NCBI GenBank assembly: GCA_949287685.1
Contig: CASEHF010000002.1
Coordinates: 1 to 63,684 of the forward strand
Source of the DNA: an uncultured Christensenella sp.
GTDB taxonomy: Bacteria > Bacillota > Clostridia > Christensenellales > UBA1242
Direction: 5' to 3'
Length of the DNA: 63,684 bases
Positions 47,050 to 59,900 of this stretch are shown here, one piece after another. The position numbers were made by a program, and so were the translations under genes. The notes below the pieces were generated by a model that made no database searches, was not told the origin of the DNA, and saw only the letters and a list, made by a program, of their open reading frames with translations. How positions within the stretch are numbered: the stretch's first letter is position 1; each line of letters begins with the position of its first letter.

Positions 47050-47118
47050 GTGCATAGTACTGTTTTTTCGCAAAAAAAATGCGAAAAAACGCGCTTTTCA
47101 TAGTTCTATGCACTTTTT
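47050..47118 (+). terminator. Compound family-2 hairpin / likely terminator containing direct-repeat copy 2
   Basis: GTGCATAGTACT (47050-61) pairs with AGTTCTATGCAC (47102-13) at 11/12 positions. It encloses the 10-bp TTTTTTCGCA/TGCGAAAAAA inner stem and is followed by TTTTT. The 42-bp repeat lies at 47051-47092. Confidence 0.5.
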
Positions 47119-47254
47119 ATTTAAAATATATAATTTAATAACATATTAAATTTTATAAATACAGTCCTAATTATTGAATTTTAGATAGTTTTATGATACA
47201 CTATTTTATAATAGCAATATAGCATTCTATCTTAAGCAATTAATAGGTTTAAAA

Positions 47255-48337
47255 ATGGAGAAAAATATGAGAAAAATCGAAATAAATCAAGAAAATGTGG
47301 AAAAATTCAACCAAAAATGCGAAAAATCACATTTATTTCAATTTAATCAGTTTTTAAACTTTAAAAATGCTAATGAAAAGTCAATTCTTGAATTACTAGA
47401 GCAAGTTAAGCAAACACTTAACTTTGCCCCGTGCAAAAAGGACAAGAAAATTAAATTTAATGAGTATGTTATAGCGGACTATATGAACGATTTTTTCTCA
47501 AAATATATGCCTCAAAAGGCCCCCGAAGTGCAGCAAATCCTAGACAAGACTCATCCATATTTTATTGATAGCGATGGTAACGCACATATAAATTTCACAC
47601 TCGCTGGATATAATGATACTCGCGCAAGCCGTGTTTGGCACTCTGGGCGGCGCTCATTTTTACAGTTTGATGTCTATTATCACGATTCAGTCGATGACTT
47701 GCGGACTACCGCGCACGAATTGAGTCACGCGATAAGTTCAAGAAATTTGCGCTTAATCGAAAATATACGAGCAGGGAAACCGACTGAGGAGAATTTTGAT
47801 AAAGATAGCATTTGCGAAATAGAGAGTCTAATCACTGAAAGACTGTTTAATCGATTTTTAGCGAGCAAAGGTCTCTATACCGCGAAAGATTTAAGCAACT
47901 ATAACAACGCACAACGCAACAGCTTGCTAAATGAGATTAATCTAATTTGCGAGGAGCAGAGTATAATTTCTAACCTAACTTACCCCATTACCTACGAAAG
48001 CGTAAATAATCTCGTGAGAGATTTGCAAGAAAGCGGGCAAAATAATTTACTAAAAAGACTCGAAGTTATGGCGCAAGAGAATAAAGATAGCCCCTATATG
48101 TTCCGCTATGTGGTGGGTAGAATTGTGGCAGACCAGTGGATAGAGAGGTTTGAAAACGCACCCGATGCTCGCCACGAAATGCTCGAAAATTTCCAAAATT
48201 ATTTAAATAACACCCATGAAATGACACTTGATAAGGCGTGCGTAACCCTACTCGGGCAAAACTTTGCACAACTAGCAGAAAACTATACAAAAATCAAAAC
48301 AAACGAAAATCAAAGCACAAAAACTCAATTTTTTTGA
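47255..48337 (+). CDS. Putative HExxH zinc metallopeptidase (alternative start at 47267)
   Basis: TTAHELSHAISS motif. Otherwise unrecognised. Confidence 0.45.
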   Translation: MEKNMRKIEINQENVEKFNQKCEKSHLFQFNQFLNFKNANEKSILELLEQVKQTLNFAPCKKDKKIKFNEYVIADYMNDFFSKYMPQKAPEVQQILDKTHPYFIDSDGNAHINFTLAGYNDTRASRVWHSGRRSFLQFDVYYHDSVDDLRTTAHELSHAISSRNLRLIENIRAGKPTEENFDKDSICEIESLITERLFNRFLASKGLYTAKDLSNYNNAQRNSLLNEINLICEEQSIISNLTYPITYESVNNLVRDLQESGQNNLLKRLEVMAQENKDSPYMFRYVVGRIVADQWIERFENAPDARHEMLENFQNYLNNTHEMTLDKACVTLLGQNFAQLAENYTKIKTNENQSTKTQFF

Positions 48338-48629
48338 GTTTTTTGTTGTTTTTAAACACTATGCATCGACTTACATAAAACACGCTAATACAAAATTAAT
48401 TATTAGACAGTATATAAAAAACGCACCCACTCGTGTAATACTACACTAGTAGTTGCGTTTGCAAGGACATAAACATTGTACCATACTCGCTCGGTATAGC
48501 TCGAGACCTTGTGGCGGTTCCCAAGGCATAATAATCATAATATTTTTATTAAGAATTGTCAAATTGTTTAGACATATTTTACAAAAATGTTTAATATTTG
48601 TCATATTTGAAAAGTATGAAAATATTAAT

Positions 48630-50078
48630 CTAATACGCCTTGGCAAAGTAAATTACCTTGCCTTCGCCCTTGTCTAACTTTTTACCACAACAAGCGCAAG
48701 TGTCGCTAAACGGAGTTTGGTCGGCTGGCATATTGCGAGTAGTAATTGCGGTATCGGACTTTAATTTTTCCTCACACTCGCGGTCACCACACCACATAGC
48801 CTTTACGAAATTCCCCTCGTTGACAGCATTCACTAAATCCTCATGATTGTAGCAAACACGGATATGGCTGTCGCGGAAAGCGCGCGCCTTTTCGAGCATA
48901 TACTGCTGAATTTCTGTAAGTATGCTGCTAATTTGTGCGGGTAAGTCGCTAGAAATTGGCGCTGTAAACTTTTCATTTTTATCGCGGCGGAACATCGTGA
49001 GGTTGTTATTCTCGAGGTCTTTTGGACCAAATTCGATACGCAGAGGCACACCCTTCATCTCCCATTCGTTGAACTTCCACCCCGGGGTCTGGTCACGGTC
49101 ATCAAGATATACACGAATCCCCGCAGCCTCTAGAGTCTGTTTTGCCTTTGTCACCCATTCCATTACCCCTGCTTTTTTAGCGGCAATTGGGACAATAACC
49201 ACCTGATATGGAGCGACCTTTGGCGGTAACACTAGACCGCGCTGGTCACCGTGCACCATAATCAACGCCCCCATAAGGCGTGTACTCGTGCCCCAACTGG
49301 TCTGATAGCAGAACTTGTGAGTGCCATCTTTATCTAAAAATTTGATATTAAACGCCTTGCTAAAATTCTGCCCTAAGTTGTGACTGGTACCAGCCTGCAG
49401 ACTCTTACCATCCTGCATCATTGCCTCAATTGAATAAGTAGCATCAGCGCCCGCAAACTTCTCCTTTTCGCTCTTGCGCCCCACAAACATAGGTATTGCT
49501 AGCACATTTTCACTAAACTCGCGATAAACCTCGAGCATACGGAGTGTTTCCTCCTCTGCCTCCTCGGGAGTCGCGTGCAAAGTGTGCCCCTCCTGCCATA
49601 AAAATTCGCTAGTACGCAAAAACGGTCGGGTCGTTTTCTCCCAGCGCACGACATTACACCACTGGTTAATCATCATAGGCAAGTCGCGGTAACTTTGCAC
49701 CCATTTTGCAAACATATTACAAATGATTGTCTCACTAGTGGGGCGAACAACAAGTTTTTCACTAAGTTCCTCCCCGCCAGCGTATGTGACAACTGCCACT
49801 TCGGGCGCAAAGCCCTCGACATGGTCTGCCTCTTTTGCTAAAAAACTATATGGTATAAATATAGGGAAATAAGTGTTTTTGGCACCCGTTGCCTTGATTC
49901 GGCGGTCCATTTCGCTCTGAATATTCTCCCACACCGCATAGCCGTATGGGCGCATAACCATGGTCCCCTTTACGGGGCCGTAATCCGCCATTTCGGTCTT
50001 TAAAACTACATCAGTATACCACTGCGGAAAATCGCTCTTGATATCAGCAATTTCTTGTACAAATTCATTTTCTGCCAT
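48630..50078 (-). CDS. proS: Prolyl-tRNA synthetase, archaeal/eukaryote-like type with a C-terminal zinc-binding domain
   Basis: The start is set at MAENEFVQE (AAGGGTGA RBS). It has class II motifs, an anticodon-binding domain, a C-terminal Cys cluster (CGDRECE ... CACCGKK) and ends in Y. Confidence 0.9.
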   Translation of the reverse strand: MAENEFVQEIADIKSDFPQWYTDVVLKTEMADYGPVKGTMVMRPYGYAVWENIQSEMDRRIKATGAKNTYFPIFIPYSFLAKEADHVEGFAPEVAVVTYAGGEELSEKLVVRPTSETIICNMFAKWVQSYRDLPMMINQWCNVVRWEKTTRPFLRTSEFLWQEGHTLHATPEEAEEETLRMLEVYREFSENVLAIPMFVGRKSEKEKFAGADATYSIEAMMQDGKSLQAGTSHNLGQNFSKAFNIKFLDKDGTHKFCYQTSWGTSTRLMGALIMVHGDQRGLVLPPKVAPYQVVIVPIAAKKAGVMEWVTKAKQTLEAAGIRVYLDDRDQTPGWKFNEWEMKGVPLRIEFGPKDLENNNLTMFRRDKNEKFTAPISSDLPAQISSILTEIQQYMLEKARAFRDSHIRVCYNHEDLVNAVNEGNFVKAMWCGDRECEEKLKSDTAITTRNMPADQTPFSDTCACCGKKLDKGEGKVIYFAKAY

Positions 50079-50193
50079 TTTTTCACCCTTAAAATTAAAA
50101 AATTGTAATAATATAATATCATATCTATCACAAAAAAACAACACAAACTCTGTAAATAACCCTCTAATTTTATTAAAATTGCGGAAATATGTA

Positions 50194-50640
50194 AAGCGGA
50201 ATAAATTATTCGGTGCGTGGGCGCACTCCCGATAGATAAGTAAGGCTATTCGCTTTGAATGGTTGTCTACGGTTAGTTTAGAGTGTTTTAAGAGGAATAG
50301 CTCCTTCGTCGAAGGCTTCGCGGGTCGAGGCTCAGGATGCCTTCCCGTTTACGGGAAGTCTGGCGCGTGAATGTTTATTACAATGAGAAAAGTATACTCT
50401 CGCGCCAGCCCAGTACTCTCTGCCACTTAAAGAGGAATAGATCCTTCATCGAATGCTTCGCGGGTCGACACTCAGGATGCCTTCCCGCTTGCGGGAAGTC
50501 TGGCGCGTGAATGTTTATTACAATGAGAAATACATACTCTCGCGCCAGCCCCACCATTCCGCTTGAAATACCATATCGCGTGTGCGACTATGCACTTTCT
50601 TATTGGGAGTGCGCCTACGCACCGAAGGAGCCAATCCGCT
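50194..50640 (+). repeat. Family-1 mosaic repeat, locus E (left module, two tandem 140-bp M units, R2 right module)
   Basis: Anchors lie at 50194, 50290 and 50430. The inverted termini GTGCGTGGGCGCACTCCCGATA (50213-50234) and TATTGGGAGTGCGCCTACGCAC (50601-50622) match at 20/22. Confidence 0.9.
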
Positions 50641-50728
50641 TTTTCCTATTACAATTTTACGGTTGGTTCGAGATGTTTCAATTCTCTTTGGCACATTTAG
50701 ACATATGAGGCACAAGCATTATAAAAAA

Positions 50729-50762
50729 GCAAGTAGTGGTGGTTTTACTACTTGCTTTTTTG
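50729..50762. terminator. Bidirectional rho-independent terminator, about 210 nt downstream of the giant ORF
   Basis: GCAAGTAGT (50729-37) pairs with ACTACTTGC (50747-55). An A-run precedes the stem and a T-run follows it. Confidence 0.55.
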
Positions 50763-50970
50763 TGAAAATCAAAATAATTTTATCATTTTGGCGCATTTTA
50801 GGCATCTTTAAGCCTACATCAAAGCCTCTTAGCGCACTTAGACATATTTAAGATTATAAAAATCTCTTTTAATTACATATGTTCGCCATACGCGCTTCAA
50901 TATTACAGGTCTATTTTTAACTGCATATGCCCTACAGCACCTAAAATGCGTTAAATTTTAATATTAAAGT

Positions 50971-53900
50971 TTAAGTCGTGGGTTGTTCTGGCTCAGGTTC
51001 TGGTTCGGGCCCTGGCTCGGTCACCACTTGGAAAACTGCAGTGATTGTGTCGCCATTGATAGCGGACTTCTCTATAGTGAGAGTTAACTCACTACCTACA
51101 GTTTCGCCAGCAGAGTTCTGCCAGCCCACAAACTCGTAACCTGCGTTTGGCGTAGCCACTGCGATGACTGTTTCGCCCTCCTCGCTAGTGATTTGCACCT
51201 GTCCGCCCTCGCCCGCTACAATTTGGTAAACGATTGGCTCGGGGTAAAGTACGGTCGTGGTATTTTGTGTAATGGCACCACTGCCTGTGATTTGAGTGTC
51301 TGGGGTCAAAAGTTCTGCCCCCGTGATAGCAAAGGCACTAACTGCCGAGCCAACAAGGTCGATATTTGCATTCAAGGTGATTAGCACATCGCCCTGTGTA
51401 TAAGTCGTAAATAGTCCCGCAATATTCTCGCCTGTAATAGTCACTAGACCGCTAAATGTAGCATTAATACTACCCGAATTGTCACCAACTAATGCAGCGC
51501 TATTATTTCCATTAATCGTGCTGGCTAAAATGTTTACGCCACTAATAGCACCTAAGTTTTCTCTAGTAATTAGGTAACTATTATCACCATTTACTGTCGC
51601 CGTAAGGTTTAGATTTGAAATCGTGCCAGTGGCTGCATTGCTAGCCGCTACGGCGCCGATATTAGCGCATGTAATAGTTAGATTTAGGTTACCCTGTCCA
51701 GTCACTCCCGTAATAGTGCCGCTATTGTTAATTGCGACACCACCAACATTCGTGTTCGCCACGATACTAGCCGTTACATTGCCGATTGAAATTGTACCAG
51801 CATTTGTAGTAGCACCGAGAGTAATATTGTCAAGGTTTTGGCTATTTATCGTAGTATTTGCGATACTGTTAAGGTTTAGAGTGCCATTATTCGTGTTCAC
51901 CAGCGCTAAAATACCGTTTGCTACGAAGTTTACTGCATTTACATTCACGGTAGCGCCAGTCATAATCGTGTTACCAATGCCATAAACGCTAATTTCGCCC
52001 GAGGTGTATACATTGACATTTGTAAGTGCGACATTCGTAATTGTGTCGCGGTCAAAGGTCTCGAGTACTAAACTTGCGTTGCCATCGGCGTAAATCTCGA
52101 CATCCTGCAGCACTAAATCGAGCCCCGTTGTCGCACTAGAATACTTGACATTCGTGCGCCCAAAAATGCTGCCGCCGTGAAGCACGACTCCCATATTCTC
52201 AAGTCTAGTCACCTGACTATTGCTGAGACCGTTTGCGAAGTCGCTCGTACTATCTACGCGCTCAATAAGTCCATCGCTAAAGCCGCCAACAGTTAGGAAT
52301 ACATCGGTGTTTGTATTAGTATCACCTAGCATCGGCAAATACCTATTATTTAGCGAGAATACCGTGTCGGTAAAGCGGATATAGTAGTCAGTACCGCCGT
52401 GGTCGCCTATGTACTCGACAATTCTTTCGAATTCATCAATATTCGAAATGACATATTCGTTTGCGTTTAACGACACCGAAGCACCAAAGCGAGCGGACTC
52501 GCCGATTGTAGGCACAAAGGCGCGCAAATCGTAGGCTTTTGCACCATTTACAGTCTTACCAGTGTATACCCAAATGTTGCCATTTAGAGTCGAAATATCA
52601 GTCGGTAGCGAAGTAAAGCAATCGCTTGCGTTTGCCCCAAATGTTGCACCATTAGACAAACTATTTGTAATGTTTCCGCTGCCTATCACCGCCCCCGTGC
52701 TGCTATCGGTATAAATCGAGGTAGCGAGCCCCGAAACAGTATTTGCAAGAGATACGCTCGCGGTACTGTTTAGTATTGCTAAATTGCTAATCTCGCCCGA
52801 AAGCGTGCCGATTAAGGTGTTAGTTACATTTAAAATCGAGTTCCCTCTGCCATCAAGATTTCCTATAAATGCGGTCGTACGCGTATAGATATTAGCGAGG
52901 TATGTGTAATCGATATCGCATTCAAGGGCATAGTAACTAGCACCTGCATTATTTAACGCCCAAGCAAGCAGCCCCGCAGAATTAATTAGATACGGACTGT
53001 TTATAGAACCTGTACCCGTGTCTCTTAAGTCATCTTCACTCAGCCACTTAAAGTACGGTAGTCCGTAGTTTAAAGATGTGTCTATCGTAAAGGCATTTCC
53101 TAAAGACAATGGACTGTCCCCGCGCTGATTAGCAATCGTAAAGGAAGTAAAGTTAATCAGCGGGTTTACGGAAGCCGAGCGCTCGTAATATACGCCTTGC
53201 GCATTTGTAGCGCCGCTATAGTTTGCGACCACTGCATTCGTACCAACCTGTCCTGTAGTATCTGTTAAGATAACGGCTGTGTAGGTGTTCTCGTTGTAGA
53301 AGTTTAATGTCTCGCCACTCTCACCAGCCACGCGCCCCACGAGTCCTGCTATGTTTGAGTTTGTGTTTGGGTTATGGTTAGCAATATTACCGATTGCATA
53401 ACTATCGATAAAGGTTAAGCGGGTGTCCGTGTTTGTAGACCAGCCAACTAGACCTCCCAAATTCACGCTACCACCAGTACCTAGACTTTCGCCGGTATTT
53501 GATACGCTACCGTATAGATTTATGTCTACATCTGCACCGCTACCGATAATTTGACCGCGGTTGATACCAGCCAAAGCGCCGATATTTGCGCTCCCGCTAG
53601 ATACCCCGAGGCTAAGGTCGGCTATTACATAACTTGAGAAAATCTTTGCTTTGCTACCTACAACACTAGCAGCGCCTCCAAATACTGCGCCATTAGGAAG
53701 TTTTGTAGACACGCTAACTTGTATCTTAGCACCCGAGAGGATAGAACCTTTGCTATTTACCTCGCTTAACTCGGAGAATACTCCGTAGTTTTGGTTTGTG
53801 GACTCACTAAATACCGTGTAGTCTAGGGTGTCGATTTCGTTTGCTACCAAATGGTTTCCACCTGCATTGTACCAGCCGTAAAGTGTGCGAGTGGTGTTTA

Positions 53901-56900
53901 GGTTAATACCACTGATTACCGTACTTGTCTGCAAGTAGTATTTGTATAAATCGCCCTCATCCTCGGCAATTGCGTTGAAGTCATTAGTGTTGCTAACCAG
54001 AATTGGTGCGCGCTTTGAATCGCCTGCTGCCACCGTATTTGAGTACAAGGCCTCGTAGCGTGTAATGCTAGGGTTAAAGTTCGACCAGTTGTCGACAACT
54101 AACCTTGCGTAACTATTCCCCGTAGGTGATGTTAGGTGGTCCGCAATATTAAAGCCTAGTACGACTCTACTATTGCGCCCTAGCCCCAGTCGGTCGCGCA
54201 CGGTCAGCCCTAGGTATGCATCGCAATATACACTGCTAGCCAAATCGCCCTCAAAGACTGCAAGGTCGATATTGTTTATACGAGTGTTGTTAAATATTGA
54301 CACAATCGAATAACCCGACTGAATGAGTGAGCCTTGGTTTACACCCACTACTCCCGCAATCGCGTGAATCGAACTTACACTCGTGGAGTCAACATCGACA
54401 TTATAGTTTCCGTTGATTTCGATATCGCCGCTATTTGCGAAGTAGTAAACGCTGTCGCCCTCACTCCTACCGAACAAGCCACCGACATTGAGTGCGTAAC
54501 TACTGGTGAGATTGTTTAGATTTACGATTACATTTGTAGCACTGTCGATTGACTCAATCGTGTTATTTTGTGAGCGCCCTGCAAATCCGCCTGCGTATAC
54601 TGAGCGATACACATTATTTATAGTCACATTTTGCGCGCTGACTGCGTTAGAGATACTGCTAGCGGTAGTGTGCCCTACAAAGCCACCTATGTAATGCGTA
54701 ATTACTACATTACTTAGGCTCGTGTTAGTTTGATTTATTATACCCTCCGCATAGGCGTTTTCTACTGTGACATTACCATAAATCTCGCCAGCGAAGCCAC
54801 CAAGGTATGTGTCTACCACTTCGGTGTATGTATTGTCTCTAGCCGTAATGTCCATATCCACATAGCAGTTTGTTATGCTGGTCGCTCCCTCGGTAGTTGC
54901 GTACACTCTACCGAACATTCCGCCCGTATAGGTAGCGGTACTGTCGATTCCGTGATAAGCGCCCAAGGTCTCAGTATCACGAGTAATGTTTACATTCGTA
55001 ATCGTGCTATCGCGCACAACTCCCACCAGTCCGCCGACATAGCCTATTATTCCTTCGCTAAGGTCGGTAGATAGGTACAAGTTCACGATATTGACATTTT
55101 GAATAACCGCGCCATCGGTCGCGCCGAACACGCCTGCATTCATAGCGCCAGTCATAACAATCGGTATGTTATATAAGGTGTGATTATTCCCGTTAAACGA
55201 CCCAGTGAATGGCGCACTCTCCGAGCCCACGGGGACTGCTGCTACTTTTTCTGCTAAAAAGTCAATGTCCGCCATAAGCACATAGTCTACATCGGGGTGC
55301 CAATACATTTGCCTGTAGTCGCTCGCACTATAGATATAGATAATCTCGGGTACATCTTGGATATCGATTGATGGAATGCCATTTTCATTTGAAATGCTAT
55401 AGGTATCCCAACCGCCGAAAATCTCATCGAAGTTATTTAGCATATAGCCACGAGTGTGCCCAGTCGCGGGCTCTGCACTCGTGCCAGGCTCAAATCTGCC
55501 GACTGCATCGAGGTTGATAAAGTTTCCAGTCTCCTGCTCCTCTATGACAGTATTTAGCACAACCCTATCATAAATTTGGTTTACATAGAAGTTAATACTG
55601 TTAATTAACTCGTAGTACGGAGTGCTAGAATCGCCAGTATCGTTCGTATGAGTCGTGTAAATCATGCCAGCGTTGAAGCAGTATCCCACGAGTCCACCTT
55701 GGGCGCCTGTGCCCTGGTAATCAATCTCGTGATAATAGTTATAGTCGCTAGCAAGGTAGTTGTTTAACGCCACGCAGTAGTCTAGGGTCGTGAGCATATT
55801 ATTATATTCACTAAATGGATTGCTTAACCCCTCTGGAATACTAGCCATTTCACTAAAGTTACTAATATGCCCCACAATTCCGCCAAGGTATACAGTACGA
55901 TTTCCGTACACGCCACCAGTCGCGAACACGGCTCTAATATCACCACCCATCGCGACACCTACGATACCGCCGACATTGGCACTATGAGTATTGCGCACGC
56001 GCACCTTGCTACTGGTGTAGTATATAGTACCACTCGGCCAGCCTGATGCTGTGTAACCGATATTGAGTCCCACAATACCACCAGTACCTAAGTTATTCTG
56101 CTCGGTCTCGAAAATCGTATTGTTTACAGTAATCGTGTTGCCGCTCGCATTTGTAGTCGTGTCCTCACCTGTGTTTGCAAGGTCGACAGCCGCCTGCACT
56201 GTTTCGGTATAGTTCACTTTACCATAGCGAATGACACCGTTATTCTGCCCTACTAATCCACCAGAGTACGAATTTCCCATAATTCGCGAACTAGAGTCGA
56301 TTTCCGTAGTTGCGTTATTCATAACAGAGTGCATACCCAGTGCTCCTGCGACACCACCCGCGATTTTACCCACCACGGTGTGCTGTCCGTAGGCTGTGAT
56401 ATTGTTTAGCACTGCCTCATCCATATCTGTAGTGGTCTTAATCTCGTTAAACTGAGTCAAGTCAACCACTCCAAACACACCACCAGCAAAGCCCATTCGT
56501 GTAATTGAGTTTGCAGTGCCACCTAAAATTCTAGCAATATCAATGTTGTAAACTAGGTTTGTGTCTGCCTTGTAGTTCGCGGTAACGCCTACATTAGCGC
56601 TAATTAGGTTAGCGCGGGTAGTGCCAGTAAGTAGCCCCGCTACACCACCGACTGCGTTATTCCCTACGACACGAGCAGACTGACCAGTAACCGCGATGTT
56701 GTAGATGTTTGCGTTCTCGACTACGCCCGCAAGTGCGCCAACATAGTCAACTAGTGAACACGACACCATACTTACCTCGATATTTAGGTTCTTTACGGTA
56801 CCGATATGCGCAATTTCACCACTGCGCACGCTATCGCCGCGCGAAATTGTACCGAATAGACCGTATCTGTCTACGCTCTCATCATTTACGGCAAGGTTGA

Positions 56901-59900
56901 GGTTCTCAAAGGTAAAGCCATTTCCCTCGAAAATACCCGCATAGTTTACGCTAGGACTCAAGAGGGCTGTGTTGACCGAAATATCGCTCTGGTCGATATT
57001 GCGCGCCAAACGGACATCGCCTATTATTTTAGTCACTGTCTTGTCGTGCTCAGTATAGTCGTATGTGACCACACTCTCGAGGCTCGTATCGAATGCCTGA
57101 CTAAACTGCAGGGCTGTAGTAATAGTCACGGGGTCGTACGAGTAATCGGTATTAAAGTCTGCGTTTTTCCCGCTAATAAAGTACGGACTAGACACTTGAT
57201 TGTAGTAGTACTCAATCGCGCCCGTGTCGGGATTCTCAGTCGTGCGCTCCTCATCTAGTACTAATCTAGGTGTCGCAATTAGGCTCGTGCTAACGAGTTT
57301 AGGACCGAAGTTCATTTGCGACTGCAAGCCCTTTTGTGTCACGAATCTATCAGGAGTGAAGTATTCGTTTTCTAAAGATACAAATACCCAGTTGCCTGTA
57401 AACTCGCTACCGCTCTCGCCATCTCGCGAGAAAATGAAGTTATTGAACACATTTTTGCCACTATTGCCTAGCATTTGATTTAGGGTTAGGCTCGTTGCCT
57501 CCTCTAGTCGAAGTGCGTTTGCACTAAAGCCCGTGTCATAGAAGTAGCAATCTACTATTCCGTTGGGGTTTTGGTTGTTATTAGTTGTCGCCTGTGTACC
57601 TGAAATACCTATAAACGGCATACTTACGCTAGTAACTCCCTCACTACTCGTATCAGTCAAAATACTCGTAGTATAGCATCTATTAATTGTGCCAACGCCG
57701 CCGTTTTCGTATACAAAGCCACTTGCCTCAATCGATAAAATTCGCATAGAGGAGTAACTGTCTGTTATACTACCATTATTCGAGTAGACAAAGCCCGCAG
57801 TCCTAGCACCCGACAAAATGGAGGCATCGCGCTCGGTGCGGGTACTCTCAACTAGGGTGTTTTCGCCAGTTTCCGCGTTGTAACTCGTGTATGCGCCACC
57901 AGTGAAACTACCAAAAATCGATGCATTTTGTCCGTTTTCGACCACAAGTCCCGCAGTGGCGACATTGTCCCCTGTCGTACTAGCGACATTGGTAATCACG
58001 CCGCCCGTGTAGTACGATGAGGCAATCGCGCCCGCGTTTATAGCGACTAGGCCAGCGAGTTTTCCATACCCCGTGATGTCGGTGTAAATTACACGGCTGT
58101 TCGAAATCGCTCCTGTAGCACTATTTGTGCCTACGAGTCCCGCTATATTAAATAGTGCCTCAGTATTTGTCGGGGTCGGCACGGTAACACCTACAGAGGT
58201 CCTACCAGCCTCGTACCAGCCACACACTGAACAGTTGTGAATGGTACCATTGTTTGTACCCGCGATAAAACCAAAGTTTAGGTCAGATTGGCTAGATACC
58301 GTTATCGGTAGCGCTAAATTTTGCGAACCTAATTGTAGGTTTACATTTTTGATAACGGTATTTTCGGCAACTGTACCAAATAGTCCAAAGTTCTGCCCAC
58401 TAGTACTGATACTTGCTGGGGTAAAGCGAATCGTGTAGCCATTACCGTTTAGACTGCTAATCTCGGTAGAAATTGGAGTCCAGTTAGTCGTGATTGTAAT
58501 GTCGTTCATCAATATATAATCGAGTCCAGACTGCATATTAATTAAATCGCGCTCGGTGTAAATCGGTTGTGCGTGCTCTTGCGAAGTGATTTGGAAGAAG
58601 TTTAGCGTAATATCGTTTGTCGAAAAACCACGAGTGCTATTTGCAATCTGCGAGCGGTTGAGTAGCGTAAACATTCCGCCCTCGTAATCATAGTACATTT
58701 CGTACCTAATTTTTGAACTATTAGACACGCCATTAGCCTCTAGTGTGTAACCCGTGTAACTACCATTCAATATGTCATTAAAAATGCGGTAATTGTTATC
58801 CAGCCAAGTGTCATCGGTGTAACTTGCATCAGGGTCGACAAGTGACCAAACATAAGTGCCATCGCTCTGCGGAATATAAGCATACCACCCTGCATACGGG
58901 CGAGAACCTATACCGTTTAACCTATTAATTACATCCATTATTTGCTGTCTAGTAGTGTCGTTGTTTGGGTTAAAGGTAATGGAAGTAATAGTCTCGAGGT
59001 TATCTAGTGTCGCGCCCTCGAATATGCGCAAGTCGTAGGTCCTGCCATTTACATATGCATATCTAAGGGAGGTCGCTTGGCTCATACCATCTACTAATCC
59101 ATCTTGTATGCTCGAAATGTAGAAGTTTACGACTAAAAATCTAAGTTCCCTAGTAATCTCATTTATGAGACCCGACATATTCTGCCTACCTGTTAGGGTA
59201 ACTGTAATCATTTCCCCTACGGGTACGGTACCAGTGTACAGGTAGTACTTGCCCTCATGGAATACGATTTGCGCGCCAAAACTTTTGCTTACCGCATCGA
59301 CATCTAGCGAGAAACTCTCAAATGAGGAGCCGACCTCGACTATTAGTTCGTTCTCGTTCTGTTCGAGAGTATTCATACCAGCGACTAGCCCAGTGCCTTC
59401 GGCTACATATGCGTAATTTACATTAGAGTTATAGTTTTCATAACTTAGGCGCAATGTATCCTGCTGCTCAACTGTCAGCGGTAGACTCATAGTACCGAGC
59501 AGCACATCATCAGCATAGATATTTACATTTACGGTAAATTTCGTACCCACTGGCACGAGTTCGGAAATAATCGTACGGATATAGTACGAGCCATCAAAGG
59601 TGCCATCAATATTGCTAACTCTGTCAGGTGAAATACCGCTCTCAATAATTTCGACACCTTGTTGCCAACTCCAGTAGGTCGCGATATTGTTCTCATCATA
59701 TGACAATACGCGCTGGTCGAACATAATCCTAGCACCGTTTACATGGTCACTGGTAATCTCAATTCTATCGTAGTACGCAAAGTACGGAGAAACTTGCACT
59801 ACGAGCAACCCATACTGCCCCGCAATTAGCGTGTTGGTCGCCTCTTGCCCTGCCTGTTGCAACCTCGAGCCATTGTTCACGGCATCGCTAAAGTGTGCTA

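Noticed and set aside
48440-48530. A locally GC-richer patch between the convergent peptidase and proS genes, considered as a possible small RNA
   Set aside because: Only short 4-5-bp stems are present (CCTTG...CAAGG). There is no promoter or terminator and no resemblance to a known RNA.
50079-50193. A T-box leader upstream of proS
   Set aside because: Only about 115 nt of AT-rich sequence separate the start codon from repeat locus E. No specifier or T-box (AGGGTGGNACCGCG-like) element was seen.
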